From a candidate division WOR-3 bacterium UBA5631 (GTDB lineage Bacteria > Hydrothermota > Hydrothermia > UBA1063): a stretch of 64,000 nt of DNA. Position numbers and translations under genes: made by a program. Positions 1-11,407 of this stretch are shown here, in pieces. Under the pieces are notes generated by a model. It had not been told where the DNA came from, made no database searches, and was given only the letters and a program-made list of their open reading frames with translations. Each line of letters opens with the position of its first letter. Positions within the stretch are counted from its first letter, which is position 1. The stretch spans positions 825-64,824 of the forward strand of contig DIJZ01000020.1 in NCBI GenBank assembly GCA_002421425.1. Direction: 5' to 3'.

Positions 1-1239
1 TCTTGGCTCTATTGCCATAGAAATCAGCGGCTCAGGGAAATGCATACCTTCAAAGAAAATCGGATCCTCAGGATCGCAGAGGGTATCACCAGTTTTCACA
101 TCTCTTACTCCGACAATTCCCACGATCTCACCAGCTTTTGCCTCTTTTAGAGGCTCCTTCTTGTCAGCATGGATCAGGTATATCCTGAGTGCCCTTTCCA
201 CCTTTCCAGTTGAGGCATTTAATACTTTCTGATTCACAGATAACTTACCCGAATAAACCCTTGTAAAAAGAATATTTCCTGCGTGAGGGTCGTTCTGAAT
301 CTTAAACACCACCGAAGAAAAAGGCTCAGTATAGGATGGCGTCCGGGAACGGTGTTCCCCACTCTTGGGATCAACACCTGGAATTTCTCCCTTGTCCAGC
401 GGTGAGGGAAGGTAATCAACGATGGCGTTGAGAAGCGGCTGGATACCTTTATTTCTAAGCGCAGAACCCATTAAAATGGGAACTGCTTTTAAACTGAGAG
501 TAGCTTTTCTCACGGCTTTCCTTAGTAGATCTGCGGGCACCTCTTCTCCATCCAGAACATACCTGATAATTTCTTCATCAACCTCGGAAAGTTTCTCGAT
601 CAATTCATTACGTACTCTGTTTACTTCCTCGGAATCCGCGTGTTCAATCCTGAACTGTTCGCCTGTTTCATCAACATCCCAGATGTACTTTTTTTGTTCA
701 ATAACGTCAATTATGCCTTTGAAACTTTCTTCAATGCCAACAGGAATCTGAACAGGAAGAGCAACTTTGTTAAACTTCTCTTCAATTTCTTTAATGACTC
801 TAAAGGGATCTGCGCCAACTCTATCAAGCTTGTTCACAAAGACAATTCTCGGGACTTTGTATCTTTCTGCTTGGTGCCAGACAGTTTCTGATTGAGGTTG
901 AACTCCAGCAACGCCACAGAATATGACTATTAAACCGTCAAGCACTCGAAGGGACCTCTCCACTTCCACTGTAAAGTCCACGTGCCCTGGAGTATCAATT
1001 ATATTAATTCGATGACCATTCCAATAACAGCTAACGGCCGCACTTGTGATGGTAATTCCCCTTTCCTTCTCCTGTAACAAATAATCGGTGGTGGCAGTAC
1101 CCTCATCCACGTCGCCCAGACGGTGAATTTTTTTCGTATAATATAGAATTCTTTCTGTAGTTGTTGTTTTTCCAGCGTCAATATGAGCAGCGAAACCGAT
1201 GTTTCGCAGGTTAGTTATGTTATCAATCACGTTATCCAT
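1..1239 (-). CDS. fusA: Elongation factor G, N-terminal ~413 codons; the 3' end runs off the window edge
   Basis: Minus-strand translation reads MDNVIDNITNLRNIGFAAHIDAGKTTTTERILYYTKKIHRLGDVDEGTATTDYLLQEKERGITITSAA, the EF-G G-domain. The ATG at 1237-1239 sits just downstream of the rpsG stop. Confidence 0.9.
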   Translation of the reverse strand, partial: MDNVIDNITNLRNIGFAAHIDAGKTTTTERILYYTKKIHRLGDVDEGTATTDYLLQEKERGITITSAAVSCYWNGHRINIIDTPGHVDFTVEVERSLRVLDGLIVIFCGVAGVQPQSETVWHQAERYKVPRIVFVNKLDRVGADPFRVIKEIEEKFNKVALPVQIPVGIEESFKGIIDVIEQKKYIWDVDETGEQFRIEHADSEEVNRVRNELIEKLSEVDEEIIRYVLDGEEVPADLLRKAVRKATLSLKAVPILMGSALRNKGIQPLLNAIVDYLPSPLDKGEIPGVDPKSGEHRSRTPSYTEPFSSVVFKIQNDPHAGNILFTRVYSGKLSVNQKVLNASTGKVERALRIYLIHADKKEPLKEAKAGEIVGIVGVRDVKTGDTLCDPEDPIFFEGMHFPEPLISMAIEPR

Positions 1240-1241
1240 TC

Positions 1242-1724
<483 letters not shown>

Positions 1725-2099
1725 TTACTTTTTGGGCTTCTTGGCCCCGTAGAGGGACCTTGAATTCTTTCTATTCTCAACACCTGCGGTGTCGTATTTC
1801 CCTCTTATTATGTGGTACTTAACACCGGGAAGGTCTTTCACTCTACCGCCCCTCACGAGAACTACGGAGTGTTCCTGAAGATTATGACCTTCTCCTGGAA
1901 TGTACGCAATGACTTCCTTTCCGTTAGACAAACGAACTTTGGCCACCTTCCGCAGCGCAGAATTAGGCTTCTTTGGTGTAGTGGTATAAACTCTTATACA
2001 AACACCTCTCTTTTGAGGGCACCCTTCGAGCGCAGGCGCCTTTGATTTTTTCCTTTTTGGCATCCTTCCATGCCTCACAAGTTGACTAATTGTTGGCAT
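1725..2099 (-). CDS. rpsL: 30S ribosomal protein S12
   Basis: 124 aa ORF: [12 protein letters not shown]...[11 protein letters not shown]...[17 protein letters not shown]. Confidence 0.95.
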   Translation of the reverse strand: MPTISQLVRHGRMPKRKKSKAPALEGCPQKRGVCIRVYTTTPKKPNSALRKVAKVRLSNGKEVIAYIPGEGHNLQEHSVVLVRGGRVKDLPGVKYHIIRGKYDTAGVENRKNSRSLYGAKKPKK

Positions 2100-2110
2100 A
2101 ATACTTCCCC

Positions 2111-2140
2111 CTTTAAAAAGCAGTGTTAAATTTTACTGCT
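2111..2140 (-). terminator. Weak intrinsic terminator or pause hairpin between rpoC and rpsL
   Basis: On the minus strand: AGCAGUaaaauuuaacACUGCU (6 bp stem) followed by UUUUAAAG. Confidence 0.3.
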
Positions 2141-2193
2141 ATATCAATAAACGTTCAAGATTTATATTCTTTTTTATAAATGCGATCTTGAAG

Positions 2194-5100
2194 TTATTCC
2201 TCCCTGTTCTCTTCAAGTTCTTCTTTTTCCTCTAACTCTGCTTCTTCTTCCATATATATGTTCCTGTATTTCTTAAAGCCCGTACCTGCAGGAATAAGGT
2301 TTCCAATAATCACATTCTCCTTGAGCCCTTCAAGTCTATCTTCTTTCCCTGCAATGGCTGCCTCTGTGAGCACTTTCGTAGTCTCCTGGAAAGATGCAGC
2401 AGAAAGGAAACTTTCCGAGGCAAGGGCAGCTCTTGTAATTCCAAGAAGCTGAAATTCGTAAGTTGCAGGCCGCCCTCCTTTATCAAGAACTTCTCTGTTC
2501 TCATCCTCCACAACATTTATATCGACAATGTCACCTTCAACAAGATTCCTGGTATCACCTGAATCCTTAATTCTTACCTTTCTCAGCATCTGCCTTACAA
2601 TGATCTCCACATGGGCGTCATCGATTTTAACATTTGATAACCTGTATACCTCAAGAATCCTATCCAGCAAGAACTCCTGAACCGCATCAATTCCTTTTAC
2701 TTTGAGAATGTCGTGGGGGTCTATTGGACCTTCAGTAATAGGCTCTCCTGCCTCAATCCAGTCACCATCAGCCACGTGTAGATATTTTCCATAGGGAATT
2801 GTGTATTCTCTAGTGTCTCCAGATTCACTTATTACTTTAACAACGATGCCCCTTTCTCGGCCTTCTCTGACAAACTCAACTTTTACTATACCACTAATCT
2901 CCGAGAGAACAGCCTTGTCTTTCGGGACTCTCGCTTCAAAGTAGTCCTCCACTTGGGGTAATCCACCTGTGATATCTCTGGTTTTCGCAGCACTCCTGGG
3001 TACCTTTGCAACTATATCTCCAGGTTCAATCCGGTCACCATCTATAGCTATCAGCGTTGCTTCTCTAACAAGGAGGATCTCCTCAAGGATTTCGCCTGTT
3101 TCCGGATCAACAATGTGCAATCTCGGGAATAGCTTCTTTTCTCGATCAAGTTCAATCATTCTCTCAATCTTTCCAGATGGAAGGGCTACTTCTTTAAGTG
3201 TAACTCCATCAATAACATCTATAAACTTCACAATACCTTTAGACGTTGATAAAATTGGCAAACTATAGGGTTCCCATTCACAGAACCTGTCACCTTTCTT
3301 AAGTTTTGCACTGTCTTCGAAAAGTATTCTCGCGCCGTAAGGTATTCCATACTTCCTCTCGAATTTTCCATCAGTGGTTCTAAAGATAATATTAGCTTTC
3401 CTACTAATATTCACTAAACCAATTCTGGGGTTCCGCACCACTCTCACGCCATCATAGACAATAATTCCGTCGTATGGAGCTTCGTGATAAGATTCTTCAG
3501 CGATTCTTTCGGCAGTACCACCGGTGTGGAAAGTCCTTAAAGTCAGCTGAGTACCAGGTTCGCCGATGGACTGAGCAGCCATAACACCTACTGCTTCACC
3601 TACCTCAACCAGTCTTCCTGTAGCAAGGTTTCTACCATAACACCTTGTGCAAACACCTTTCCTTGATCTACACCTTAGAACTGACCTTACTTCAACTTCA
3701 GCAATACCAGCCTCTTCAATCTTCTTCGCTGCTTCCTCATCAATCTCTTTCCCTTCCTCTACTATCAGTTCCTCAGTTATAGGATGATATATGTCATTCA
3801 CTGCTATTCTTCCTACGATTCTTTCAGATAGAGGTTTAATTACCTTCTCGCCATCGGTAAGAGCCGTCAACTTTCTTCCTGTGAGGGTTCCGCAATCTTC
3901 CTCAGTTACAACTATATTATGCGCAATATCTACGAGCCTTCTGGTGAGATAACCTGCATCTGCGGTTTTCAAAGCAGTATCAGACAAACCTTTTCTCGAA
4001 CCGTGGGTTGAAATGAAGTATTCGAGGACTCTTAACCCTTCCTTGAAGTTCGAAATAATTGGATTTTCAATCAGCTCACCAGCTTCTTTACCTTTGCCAG
4101 GCCTTGCCATCAGACCCCTCATTCCGGCCAGCTGTTTCACCTGATCTTCGTTTCCTCTTGCGCCTGAAGTTAACATCAAATATATGGGATTGAATCCACT
4201 CTTATCTTTGCTCATCATGTCTAACATCTCTCTCTTCACGGTCTCAGCTGTCCTGGTCCATATGTCAAGAACGTTCTGATACTTTTCCATAGCAGAAAGA
4301 GTCCCTCTCTCAAAAGCACGTTCAAATCTCTCCACGTCATGCTTTGCCCTTTCCACAATGTCCTTCTTCCTCTCCGGGATTACCATGTCATCAATTCCAA
4401 AAGTAATACCTGACACTGTACAGTATTTGAAGCCAAGATCCTTCAGAGCATCAAGAAGTTCTGCGGCTCTCGCTGCTCCAAGACGGTAATGTGCCTGGGA
4501 CACCAGATCTGAAAGTTCGTTCTTCTTCATTTCTTTGTTGATGAATTTAAGCTCGTCAGGTAAGTAATCGTTAAAAATGATTCTACCGATAGTTGTCTCA
4601 AGAAGTTCTCCTTTTATGAGCACCTTTATCTTCGCTCTAAGTCCAACAAGACCATTTTCGAAAGCCACCATTGCTTCTTCAGGAGAAGAAAATATCTTAC
4701 CTTCTCCCTTGTCACCAGGTAACATTTTGGTTAGATAGTTCAGGCCAAGAACGATATCTCTTGTGGGTGCGGCCAGAGGACCACCGTGGGCAGGAGATAG
4801 AATATTGTTTATAGAAAGTATCAATCCGTAGCTTTCCAGCTGTGCTTCATAAGAAATTGGCACGTATACACTCATAGTGTCCCCATCAAAGTCGGCATTG
4901 TAAGCTGCGCAAACCAGGGGATGAAGACCAATGGCCTTGTTTTCCCATAGCACCGGCTCAAAGGCCTGTATGGATACTCTATGAAGTGTTGGGGCTCTGT
5001 TAAGAAGCACCGGATGGTCTTTTATTATCTTCTCCAGCATATCCCATATCGCAGGGTCCCTCTGCCTCAATTTCGCCTCAGCTTCTTTCATTCCGCTTGC

Positions 5101-6567
5101 AAGTCCCGATTCGTTCAATTTGTGCTCCACCATCGGTCTGAAAAGTTCCAGTGCCATCTCTTTCGGGAGAGCTACTTGATTAAGTTTGAGTTCAGGAGCA
5201 ACAACAATGACGGAACGGCCAGAATAATCGACACGCTTCCCAAGGAGGTTCCTTCTGAGAAGCCCCTTCTTTCCTCTGAGGACATCAGAGATAGACTTGA
5301 GTTTCTTCCCGCCTTTTGGAGAGGTAACGGGCCTTCTCCTCTTTGAATTGTCTAGAAGAGCCTCCACTGCTTCCTGTAAGTTTCTCTTTTCGTTGTGAAT
5401 AATGATCTCAGGAGCACCCTGTTCCATTAACTGTTTTAAACGATTATTCCGCATTATTACTCTTCTGTACAGCTGATTTATTTCAGTCGTGGCTATCTGC
5501 CCATTCTCCAAAAATACAATCGGGCGGAGGTCCGGTGGAATTACGGGCAGTACCTCAAGAATCATCCATTCGGGCCTTGTTTTTGAGTTAAGAAATGCCT
5601 CAACAACTTTGTATTTCTTTAAGAATCTCGCCCTCTTAATTGGGGACTGCTCTTTCTTGATTTTTACCCTGAGCTCATTTCTCAGATCTTCAAGATTGAG
5701 ACCTGCAAGAATTTTCTTAATTCCAGGAGCACCCATTTCGGCTTCAAACTGGTTTCCATATCGCTTCTTATATTCCTCATATTCACTCACCGAGAGCACT
5801 TCACCCACTCTTAATCTTTCACCAGCCTCAAGGTATCTTTCAACATCTATCTCAACCGTCTGTGCGACTTCATTGAACTCCTGCACGAGGTCCTCTGGAA
5901 TATTTGGAGAGTTATCTTCCAGGGCTTTACGGCATCTTTCAATATTCCTGGTTAAATCCTTTTGAATCCGCTCATCAGAATTATCGAGGGAATGCTTAAG
6001 CTCCCGGAAGTCTTTCTCAAGATCCTCAGGAATTACATCCAGAATGCTTCCCACAATCTTGGCTAGTCTGAATAGATTGATACCCAGTTCCTCTGGAACT
6101 TTTTGTTCCCCAAATCTTCTTCCATGCCTTGCGATATCCTCAGAAACCTTAGTTACAATATACGCATCATAATAGACAACCCGCTCGAGGTCCTTAACAC
6201 TCAAATCAAGAAGTATTCCAACAGGAGAAGGAATTGCCTTATAAAACCAAATGTGGGCAACAGGAATAGCAAGCTCGATGTGTCCCATTCTTTCTCTTCT
6301 AACCTTCTTCTCGGTGACTTCCACTCCGCAACGATCACACTTAACTCCCTTGTATTTCTTGCCATGAAACTTTCCACAACTACACTCGTAGTCCTTAACT
6401 GGCCCAAATATCTTTTCGCAGAAAAGTCCACCGGGTTCAGGCTTTTGAGTCCTGTAGTTAATAGTCTCTGAACTCGTTACTTCACCACGAGACCAGCTTC
6501 TAATGGTCTCTGGCGAAGCTATTTTAACCTTAATTGACAGTAAATTTTTCGGTAAAATTTTTTCCAT
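2194..6567 (-). CDS. rpoC: DNA-directed RNA polymerase beta' subunit
   Basis: ~1457 aa ORF with beta' hallmarks (NADFDGD, zinc-binding cysteines). The ATG at 6565-6567 is preferred because it is preceded by GGAGAAGG. The alternative ATG at 6577-6579 overlaps the rpoB stop. Confidence 0.95.
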   Translation of the reverse strand: MEKILPKNLLSIKVKIASPETIRSWSRGEVTSSETINYRTQKPEPGGLFCEKIFGPVKDYECSCGKFHGKKYKGVKCDRCGVEVTEKKVRRERMGHIELAIPVAHIWFYKAIPSPVGILLDLSVKDLERVVYYDAYIVTKVSEDIARHGRRFGEQKVPEELGINLFRLAKIVGSILDVIPEDLEKDFRELKHSLDNSDERIQKDLTRNIERCRKALEDNSPNIPEDLVQEFNEVAQTVEIDVERYLEAGERLRVGEVLSVSEYEEYKKRYGNQFEAEMGAPGIKKILAGLNLEDLRNELRVKIKKEQSPIKRARFLKKYKVVEAFLNSKTRPEWMILEVLPVIPPDLRPIVFLENGQIATTEINQLYRRVIMRNNRLKQLMEQGAPEIIIHNEKRNLQEAVEALLDNSKRRRPVTSPKGGKKLKSISDVLRGKKGLLRRNLLGKRVDYSGRSVIVVAPELKLNQVALPKEMALELFRPMVEHKLNESGLASGMKEAEAKLRQRDPAIWDMLEKIIKDHPVLLNRAPTLHRVSIQAFEPVLWENKAIGLHPLVCAAYNADFDGDTMSVYVPISYEAQLESYGLILSINNILSPAHGGPLAAPTRDIVLGLNYLTKMLPGDKGEGKIFSSPEEAMVAFENGLVGLRAKIKVLIKGELLETTIGRIIFNDYLPDELKFINKEMKKNELSDLVSQAHYRLGAARAAELLDALKDLGFKYCTVSGITFGIDDMVIPERKKDIVERAKHDVERFERAFERGTLSAMEKYQNVLDIWTRTAETVKREMLDMMSKDKSGFNPIYLMLTSGARGNEDQVKQLAGMRGLMARPGKGKEAGELIENPIISNFKEGLRVLEYFISTHGSRKGLSDTALKTADAGYLTRRLVDIAHNIVVTEEDCGTLTGRKLTALTDGEKVIKPLSERIVGRIAVNDIYHPITEELIVEEGKEIDEEAAKKIEEAGIAEVEVRSVLRCRSRKGVCTRCYGRNLATGRLVEVGEAVGVMAAQSIGEPGTQLTLRTFHTGGTAERIAEESYHEAPYDGIIVYDGVRVVRNPRIGLVNISRKANIIFRTTDGKFERKYGIPYGARILFEDSAKLKKGDRFCEWEPYSLPILSTSKGIVKFIDVIDGVTLKEVALPSGKIERMIELDREKKLFPRLHIVDPETGEILEEILLVREATLIAIDGDRIEPGDIVAKVPRSAAKTRDITGGLPQVEDYFEARVPKDKAVLSEISGIVKVEFVREGRERGIVVKVISESGDTREYTIPYGKYLHVADGDWIEAGEPITEGPIDPHDILKVKGIDAVQEFLLDRILEVYRLSNVKIDDAHVEIIVRQMLRKVRIKDSGDTRNLVEGDIVDINVVEDENREVLDKGGRPATYEFQLLGITRAALASESFLSAASFQETTKVLTEAAIAGKEDRLEGLKENVIIGNLIPAGTGFKKYRNIYMEEEAELEEKEELEENREE

Positions 6568-6578
6568 AGCCTTCTCCA

Positions 6579-9500
6579 TTATTGTTGTTTTTCCCTCAAG
6601 CCCTGTTTTGTCTTACTTTCCAGAGTCTTGAGTTCCACGTCAAGACAGAGCCCTTTAAGGTGATTCACAAGAACATTGAAGGATGCAGGAAGACCAGGCT
6701 CTTTCGGCCTCTTCCCGAGCTGCAAGTCTTTATAAAGAATGTTCCTTCCATCAATGTCATCGGATTTTATCGTAAGCATTTCCTGAAGGGTGTAAGCAGC
6801 TCCGTGAGACTCAAGTGCCCATACTTCCATTTCCCCGAATCTCTGGCCTCCAAAGTGGGACTTACCACCCACCGGCTGCTGAGTGATCGAAGAATATGGA
6901 CCAATGGCTCTTGCGTGGAGCTTGTCCTCCACCATATGTATTAACTTGATAATGTACATGAAACCAACGGTAACTGGATAATGAAATCTCTCACCAGTTC
7001 TTCCATCTCTGAGATGAACCTTCCCTGGGTAAGTGAGGCCCGCCTCTTCCATTTCTCTCTTTATTTCATCAATAGTCATACCCTCAAAGACCGGAGTCGC
7101 GTAATACTCACCTTTAATTTTCCCTGCCCATCCGAGAATAGTTTCAAGAATCTGACCGACGTTCATACGAGAAGGAACCCCAAGGGGGCTCAGCACAATA
7201 TCCACAGGAGTGCCATCCTCAAGGAAAGGCATATCCTCTACAGGTGCAATCTTTGCCACTACACCCTTGTTTCCATGTCTTCCCGTGATCTTATCGCCCA
7301 CTTCTAACCTTCGCTTCTGGGCAACGTAAACTTTGATCAGCTGATTTACACCAGGAGGAAGTTCGTCGCCTCTCTCGATTTCTTCAAACTTCTGAGTCAG
7401 CCTTTCATCAATCTCTTTCTCTTTGCTGTGCGAATCTGCAATCAAATGTCTTATTCTTTCGAGGGTATCTGCCTCCACTACGGGAATATCATAATCCAGT
7501 CTCGCAATATCTACGTTCATTTTCTCCGTTATTTCCTCAAGGACTTCCTTAGTCATTACCGTGCCTTTCGTCAGTATGACCCTGCCATCCTTTGTTTTGA
7601 GGTCTTCCAGTAAAATCTGATCTAGAAGGAGTTCAAATATGAAGTCCCTTAGCCTTGCTCTAACCATTCTCTTCTCTTCTTCAGACCTTCTCTGTGCTTT
7701 TTCCTTACGTTCCTTTATAACGCTTAGAGATAGAGAGTCATTTTTCGTCTTTGTTAAAATAACTACATCCACCACATAACCTGAAACTCCAGGAGGTACC
7801 CTCTTCGAGGTATCCTTTACTTCCTGTTCGTATCCAGCCACTGTAAGAAGTAATCTCTTTTCAGGGGGCAGTTCCTCTTCCTCACCCTTCGGAGTTACCT
7901 TACCGACCAGAATGTCCCTGGGTTTTACCTCGGCTCCGATTCTAATTATACCAAAGTGGTCAAGGTTTCTGAGATCCTCATCTCTCACTCCCGGGATATC
8001 TACTGTGACTTCCTCGGGACCAAGTGCAGTTTCCCTAACTTCAACCTCAAACTCGAGAATATGGAGTGAAGTAAAAGTATCGTTTTTCAGGACATTCTCA
8101 GAAACAACAATTGCGTCCTCATAGTTATAACCATACCAGGGGAGAAAGGCTATTAACACGTTCTTCCCGAGGGCGAGTTCTCCATTCTTTGTCGCTGAAG
8201 CATCTGCAATGATATCACCTTTCTTAACCTTTTCGCCAATTTTAACTAGTGGCCTCATGTTGATAAGGGTATTCTGGTTAGATCTCCTGAACTTTACAAG
8301 ATTATACTCATCGAGTTCTTCTTCAAATTTCGATATTTTCTTACCTCTTTTTGAAACCCTTATCACGATCCGGTTTGCATCCACATAAACCACTGTTCCT
8401 GAATTTCTGGCAATAACCAGGGTCCCCGAATCCCTTGCTACCTTTCCTTCCATCCCGGTACCAACAATGGGTGGCTCAGGGTCAATCAGTGGAACAGCCT
8501 GTCGCTGCATGTTGCAACCCATAAGGGCTCTAAGAGCATCGTCGTTCTCCAAAAAAGGTATCAGCGAAGCAGACGGGGAAACAACCTGCCGTGGTGATAT
8601 GTCCATATACTGGACCTGTTCCCTCGGTACAAGTGGATATCCGTTCTTCGCTCTAACCCACACCTTCTCATCTTTTATCAAACCAGTCTCAGGATCAAAT
8701 TCAGTATCAGAAGAAGCAATGAAAGCATCTTTCTCTTCAATTGGAGACAGCTCAACGATTTTGTCCGTGACCTTTCCATTTTCAACCACTCTCAAAGGGG
8801 TTCTAATAAATCCGAGCTCATCGACCCTAGCATAGGTTGTCAGTGAATTTATAAGACCGATATTCTGGCCTTCCGGTGTTTCAATGGGACACAATCTACC
8901 ATAATGAGAAGGATGCACGTCTCTAACTTCAAATCCTGCAGTTTCCCTCGTTAAACCACCCTTTCCAAGGGCTGATATACGCCGCTTATGCGTAAGCTCT
9001 GCAAGAGGGTTCGTCTGATCAAGGAACTGCGAGAGTCTTTCCCTCATAAAGTAATTAATGAGAGTGTTGGTAATCACTTTGGGATCAATTAGATTCTTCG
9101 GTACAATCCTTGATTCTTCAGTTATTGAAAGTATCTTCTCCGAAATGTTCCTGATAAGTTTTCTTGCGAAGGCCTCCCTGATCTGCTCATACAGTAACTC
9201 GCCAACGCTTCTAATTCTTCTGTTGGAAAGATCATCAACATCGTCTTCTTTCTCTTCACCTTTATACAGTTTTATAAGTCTCTTAACGATTTCTGCAAGA
9301 TCTTCTACCGTCAGAGTCTGTTCCTTCCTATCCTGATTTTCGTATAGCCTTAGATTCAGCTTGTATCTTCCAACTTCACCAAGGAAGAAATATGACTCCT
9401 TAAGGAAGAAACTCTTTATGTAATCCCTCGCTTCCTCTATGTTGCTTGGTGGCTGACTGAATTTTAGCGTTCTGTATATGTTCCCGATAGCATCTATTTC

Positions 9501-10388
9501 CTTCTTAAGCCTATCCTGTCTGTAAGTCGTGTAAAGCACGCCAGCTTCAGGGGACTCGAGATCAAAAACCTCGATACTGCTGATCTTTCTCTCTTTGAGT
9601 TCCTTAAGAACACCTAAATCGATCTCCTTAAGAGCTTCGAAAATTACTTCACCTGTCTTCACATCTATAATATCTTCTGCAAGGATGTACGAATTACTCT
9701 CATTAAGGTCGCTCAACTTGAGTTTCTGAACAGGTAAAAACATTCTGAAGATTCCGCCCATAGAAAGCCCTGTCAGTGCACGAAGCAACCTTGTAAAAGG
9801 TATTTTCCTTCTCTTGGAAACTGTCACCGTCAAATTTCTATTTCCATCAATGTTAAACTCAATCCAGGGGCCTCTATAAGGTACAAGCAGAGCCCGGTAC
9901 GTAACAGTTCCTTTCTCTTCCGTTTCAAAATAGACACCCGGAGACCTGTGAATCTGGCTGACAAGAACCCTTTCAACTCCATTTATAACAAAAGTACCCC
10001 TTTCGGTCATATAAGGTATTTCACCCATATAAACTTCCTGGGTTACACTCTCCTCAAATTCCTTCGTTTCGGGGTTCTTCTTTGAAAGTCTAAATCTGGC
10101 TTTCAAAGGTACGGAATACGTCAAACTTTTCTCCTTACACTCCTCTGGGTCGAAACGGGGACTACCAATGGAATAATCTAGATACTCAAGTTTGTAAACT
10201 CCATTTTTATCTGTCACAGGGAAATATTCTCGAAAAATGTACTCCAGACTGCCTGTTGCCCTCTCTTCCTTCTGAATTCCTTCAGAGAGAAGCCTCTTAA
10301 AAGAATCCAGTTGAATGAAGAGCAGGTCAGGCATCTCATACTTTTCCGGTTTGTAACCTTTCCTTATAATTTTGTCCATAATAGACAA
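6579..10388 (-). CDS. rpoB: DNA-directed RNA polymerase beta subunit
   Basis: 1269 aa ORF with full-length beta subunit similarity (GEMEVWALE, PSRMNVGQ motifs). Confidence 0.95.
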   Translation of the reverse strand: MSIMDKIIRKGYKPEKYEMPDLLFIQLDSFKRLLSEGIQKEERATGSLEYIFREYFPVTDKNGVYKLEYLDYSIGSPRFDPEECKEKSLTYSVPLKARFRLSKKNPETKEFEESVTQEVYMGEIPYMTERGTFVINGVERVLVSQIHRSPGVYFETEEKGTVTYRALLVPYRGPWIEFNIDGNRNLTVTVSKRRKIPFTRLLRALTGLSMGGIFRMFLPVQKLKLSDLNESNSYILAEDIIDVKTGEVIFEALKEIDLGVLKELKERKISSIEVFDLESPEAGVLYTTYRQDRLKKEIDAIGNIYRTLKFSQPPSNIEEARDYIKSFFLKESYFFLGEVGRYKLNLRLYENQDRKEQTLTVEDLAEIVKRLIKLYKGEEKEDDVDDLSNRRIRSVGELLYEQIREAFARKLIRNISEKILSITEESRIVPKNLIDPKVITNTLINYFMRERLSQFLDQTNPLAELTHKRRISALGKGGLTRETAGFEVRDVHPSHYGRLCPIETPEGQNIGLINSLTTYARVDELGFIRTPLRVVENGKVTDKIVELSPIEEKDAFIASSDTEFDPETGLIKDEKVWVRAKNGYPLVPREQVQYMDISPRQVVSPSASLIPFLENDDALRALMGCNMQRQAVPLIDPEPPIVGTGMEGKVARDSGTLVIARNSGTVVYVDANRIVIRVSKRGKKISKFEEELDEYNLVKFRRSNQNTLINMRPLVKIGEKVKKGDIIADASATKNGELALGKNVLIAFLPWYGYNYEDAIVVSENVLKNDTFTSLHILEFEVEVRETALGPEEVTVDIPGVRDEDLRNLDHFGIIRIGAEVKPRDILVGKVTPKGEEEELPPEKRLLLTVAGYEQEVKDTSKRVPPGVSGYVVDVVILTKTKNDSLSLSVIKERKEKAQRRSEEEKRMVRARLRDFIFELLLDQILLEDLKTKDGRVILTKGTVMTKEVLEEITEKMNVDIARLDYDIPVVEADTLERIRHLIADSHSKEKEIDERLTQKFEEIERGDELPPGVNQLIKVYVAQKRRLEVGDKITGRHGNKGVVAKIAPVEDMPFLEDGTPVDIVLSPLGVPSRMNVGQILETILGWAGKIKGEYYATPVFEGMTIDEIKREMEEAGLTYPGKVHLRDGRTGERFHYPVTVGFMYIIKLIHMVEDKLHARAIGPYSSITQQPVGGKSHFGGQRFGEMEVWALESHGAAYTLQEMLTIKSDDIDGRNILYKDLQLGKRPKEPGLPASFNVLVNHLKGLCLDVELKTLESKTKQGLREKQQ

Positions 10389-10404
10389 AACCCACCTCCC
10401 TTCA

Positions 10405-10441
10405 ATATTAAAAATAAATAGCTAAATGGGGCATAAGCCCC
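10405..10441 (-). terminator. rplL-rpoB intergenic attenuator-like hairpin
   Basis: Minus strand: GGGGCuuauGCCCC followed by a U-rich run (AUUUAGCUAUUUAUUUUU). It sits where the classic L7/L12-rpoB attenuator lies. Confidence 0.4.
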
Positions 10442-10490
10442 AACTTTAGCCCCCTCATTAATCTCGTAAACAATGCTTACTCGTGGGAAA

Positions 10491-10880
10491 TTATTTTATC
10501 TCAATCTTAGCACCGAGCTTTTCAAAATGCTGTTTTATCTTTTCCGCTTCTTCCTTTGTGGCTCCTTCCTTAAGAGGCTTGGGAAGATTGTCAACAAAGT
10601 CCTTGGCTTCCTTAAGTCCCAGCCCTGTTAACGCCCTCACTTCTTTAAGGACATTAATTCTATCCTGTCCAGCATCTGCAAGAATAACGTCAAACTCTGT
10701 TTTTTCCTCAACCACAGCAGCTTGCGCAGCACCCTGAACAGCCACTGCCCCAGCCATAACTGGCATCTGTGCAGAAACTCCAAACTTATTCTCCAGTTCT
10801 TTTACCAGCTCTGAGAGCTCAAGAACGGATAAAGACTCGATCATCTCAACGATCTCGGCAACACTCTTCTTCTCTACCAT
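10491..10880 (-). CDS. rplL: 50S ribosomal protein L7/L12
   Basis: [37 protein letters not shown]...KIEIK. GGAGG lies upstream of the internal ATG at 10878-10880. The longer ORF to 10931 is an upstream extension. Confidence 0.9.
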   Translation of the reverse strand: MVEKKSVAEIVEMIESLSVLELSELVKELENKFGVSAQMPVMAGAVAVQGAAQAAVVEEKTEFDVILADAGQDRINVLKEVRALTGLGLKEAKDFVDNLPKPLKEGATKEEAEKIKQHFEKLGAKIEIK

Positions 10881-10881
10881 T

Positions 10882-11406
10882 TTACTTAACCTCCTCTTTT
10901 TGTTTTCTAACCTGTTCCAAAGTTGAAACAAGGGCCTGTAAAGGCCAGTTCAATGCATACACAAGTTTAAAGATGGGAGCATTAAGGGTACTCACCACCT
11001 TTGCCTGAAGTTCTTTCTTTCCAGGTAAATTCGCAATTATGTTAAGTTCCTTTGGGCCGTAAACCTTCCCCTCAATCCACCCTGCTTTGAAAGACATCTT
11101 TGAGAGTTCTTTTGAATATTCAAAAGCAGCTTTTAGAGGTTCTAGCTCGTCCTGGTATGCAAACAGGACTGCCGTGGGACCAGGCAAGTATTCCTGCATT
11201 TCCTCACACTTTCTTTCCTTCAGTGCGAAATATAGAGTGGTGTTCTTAATGACTTTAAAATGAGCGCCTTTTTCACGCAGCTTTCTTCTAAGCTCTGTTA
11301 TCTCGGCCACCGTGAGTCCTGCATAATCGCAAAGATAAAAAGCCTTTGCTTTATCAAGATGTTCTTTTACCTGATTAACTTTCTCTACCTTTTCAGTTCT
11401 TATCAT
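10882..11406 (-). CDS. rplJ: 50S ribosomal protein L10
   Basis: 174 aa ORF directly upstream of rplL: [17 protein letters not shown]... Confidence 0.9.
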   Translation of the reverse strand: MIRTEKVEKVNQVKEHLDKAKAFYLCDYAGLTVAEITELRRKLREKGAHFKVIKNTTLYFALKERKCEEMQEYLPGPTAVLFAYQDELEPLKAAFEYSKELSKMSFKAGWIEGKVYGPKELNIIANLPGKKELQAKVVSTLNAPIFKLVYALNWPLQALVSTLEQVRKQKEEVK

Positions 11407-11407
11407 A

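Noticed and set aside
999-1181. 60 aa minus-strand ORF (MTLEKQQLQKEF...)
   Set aside because: It lies in an alternative frame within fusA; the fusA frame gives unambiguous EF-G sequence.
5489-6471. Several 120-160 aa plus-strand ORFs
   Set aside because: Antisense to rpoC; no SD and Ser/Leu-rich composition typical of shadow ORFs. The same holds for the plus-strand ORFs at 6582-9336 antisense to rpoB.
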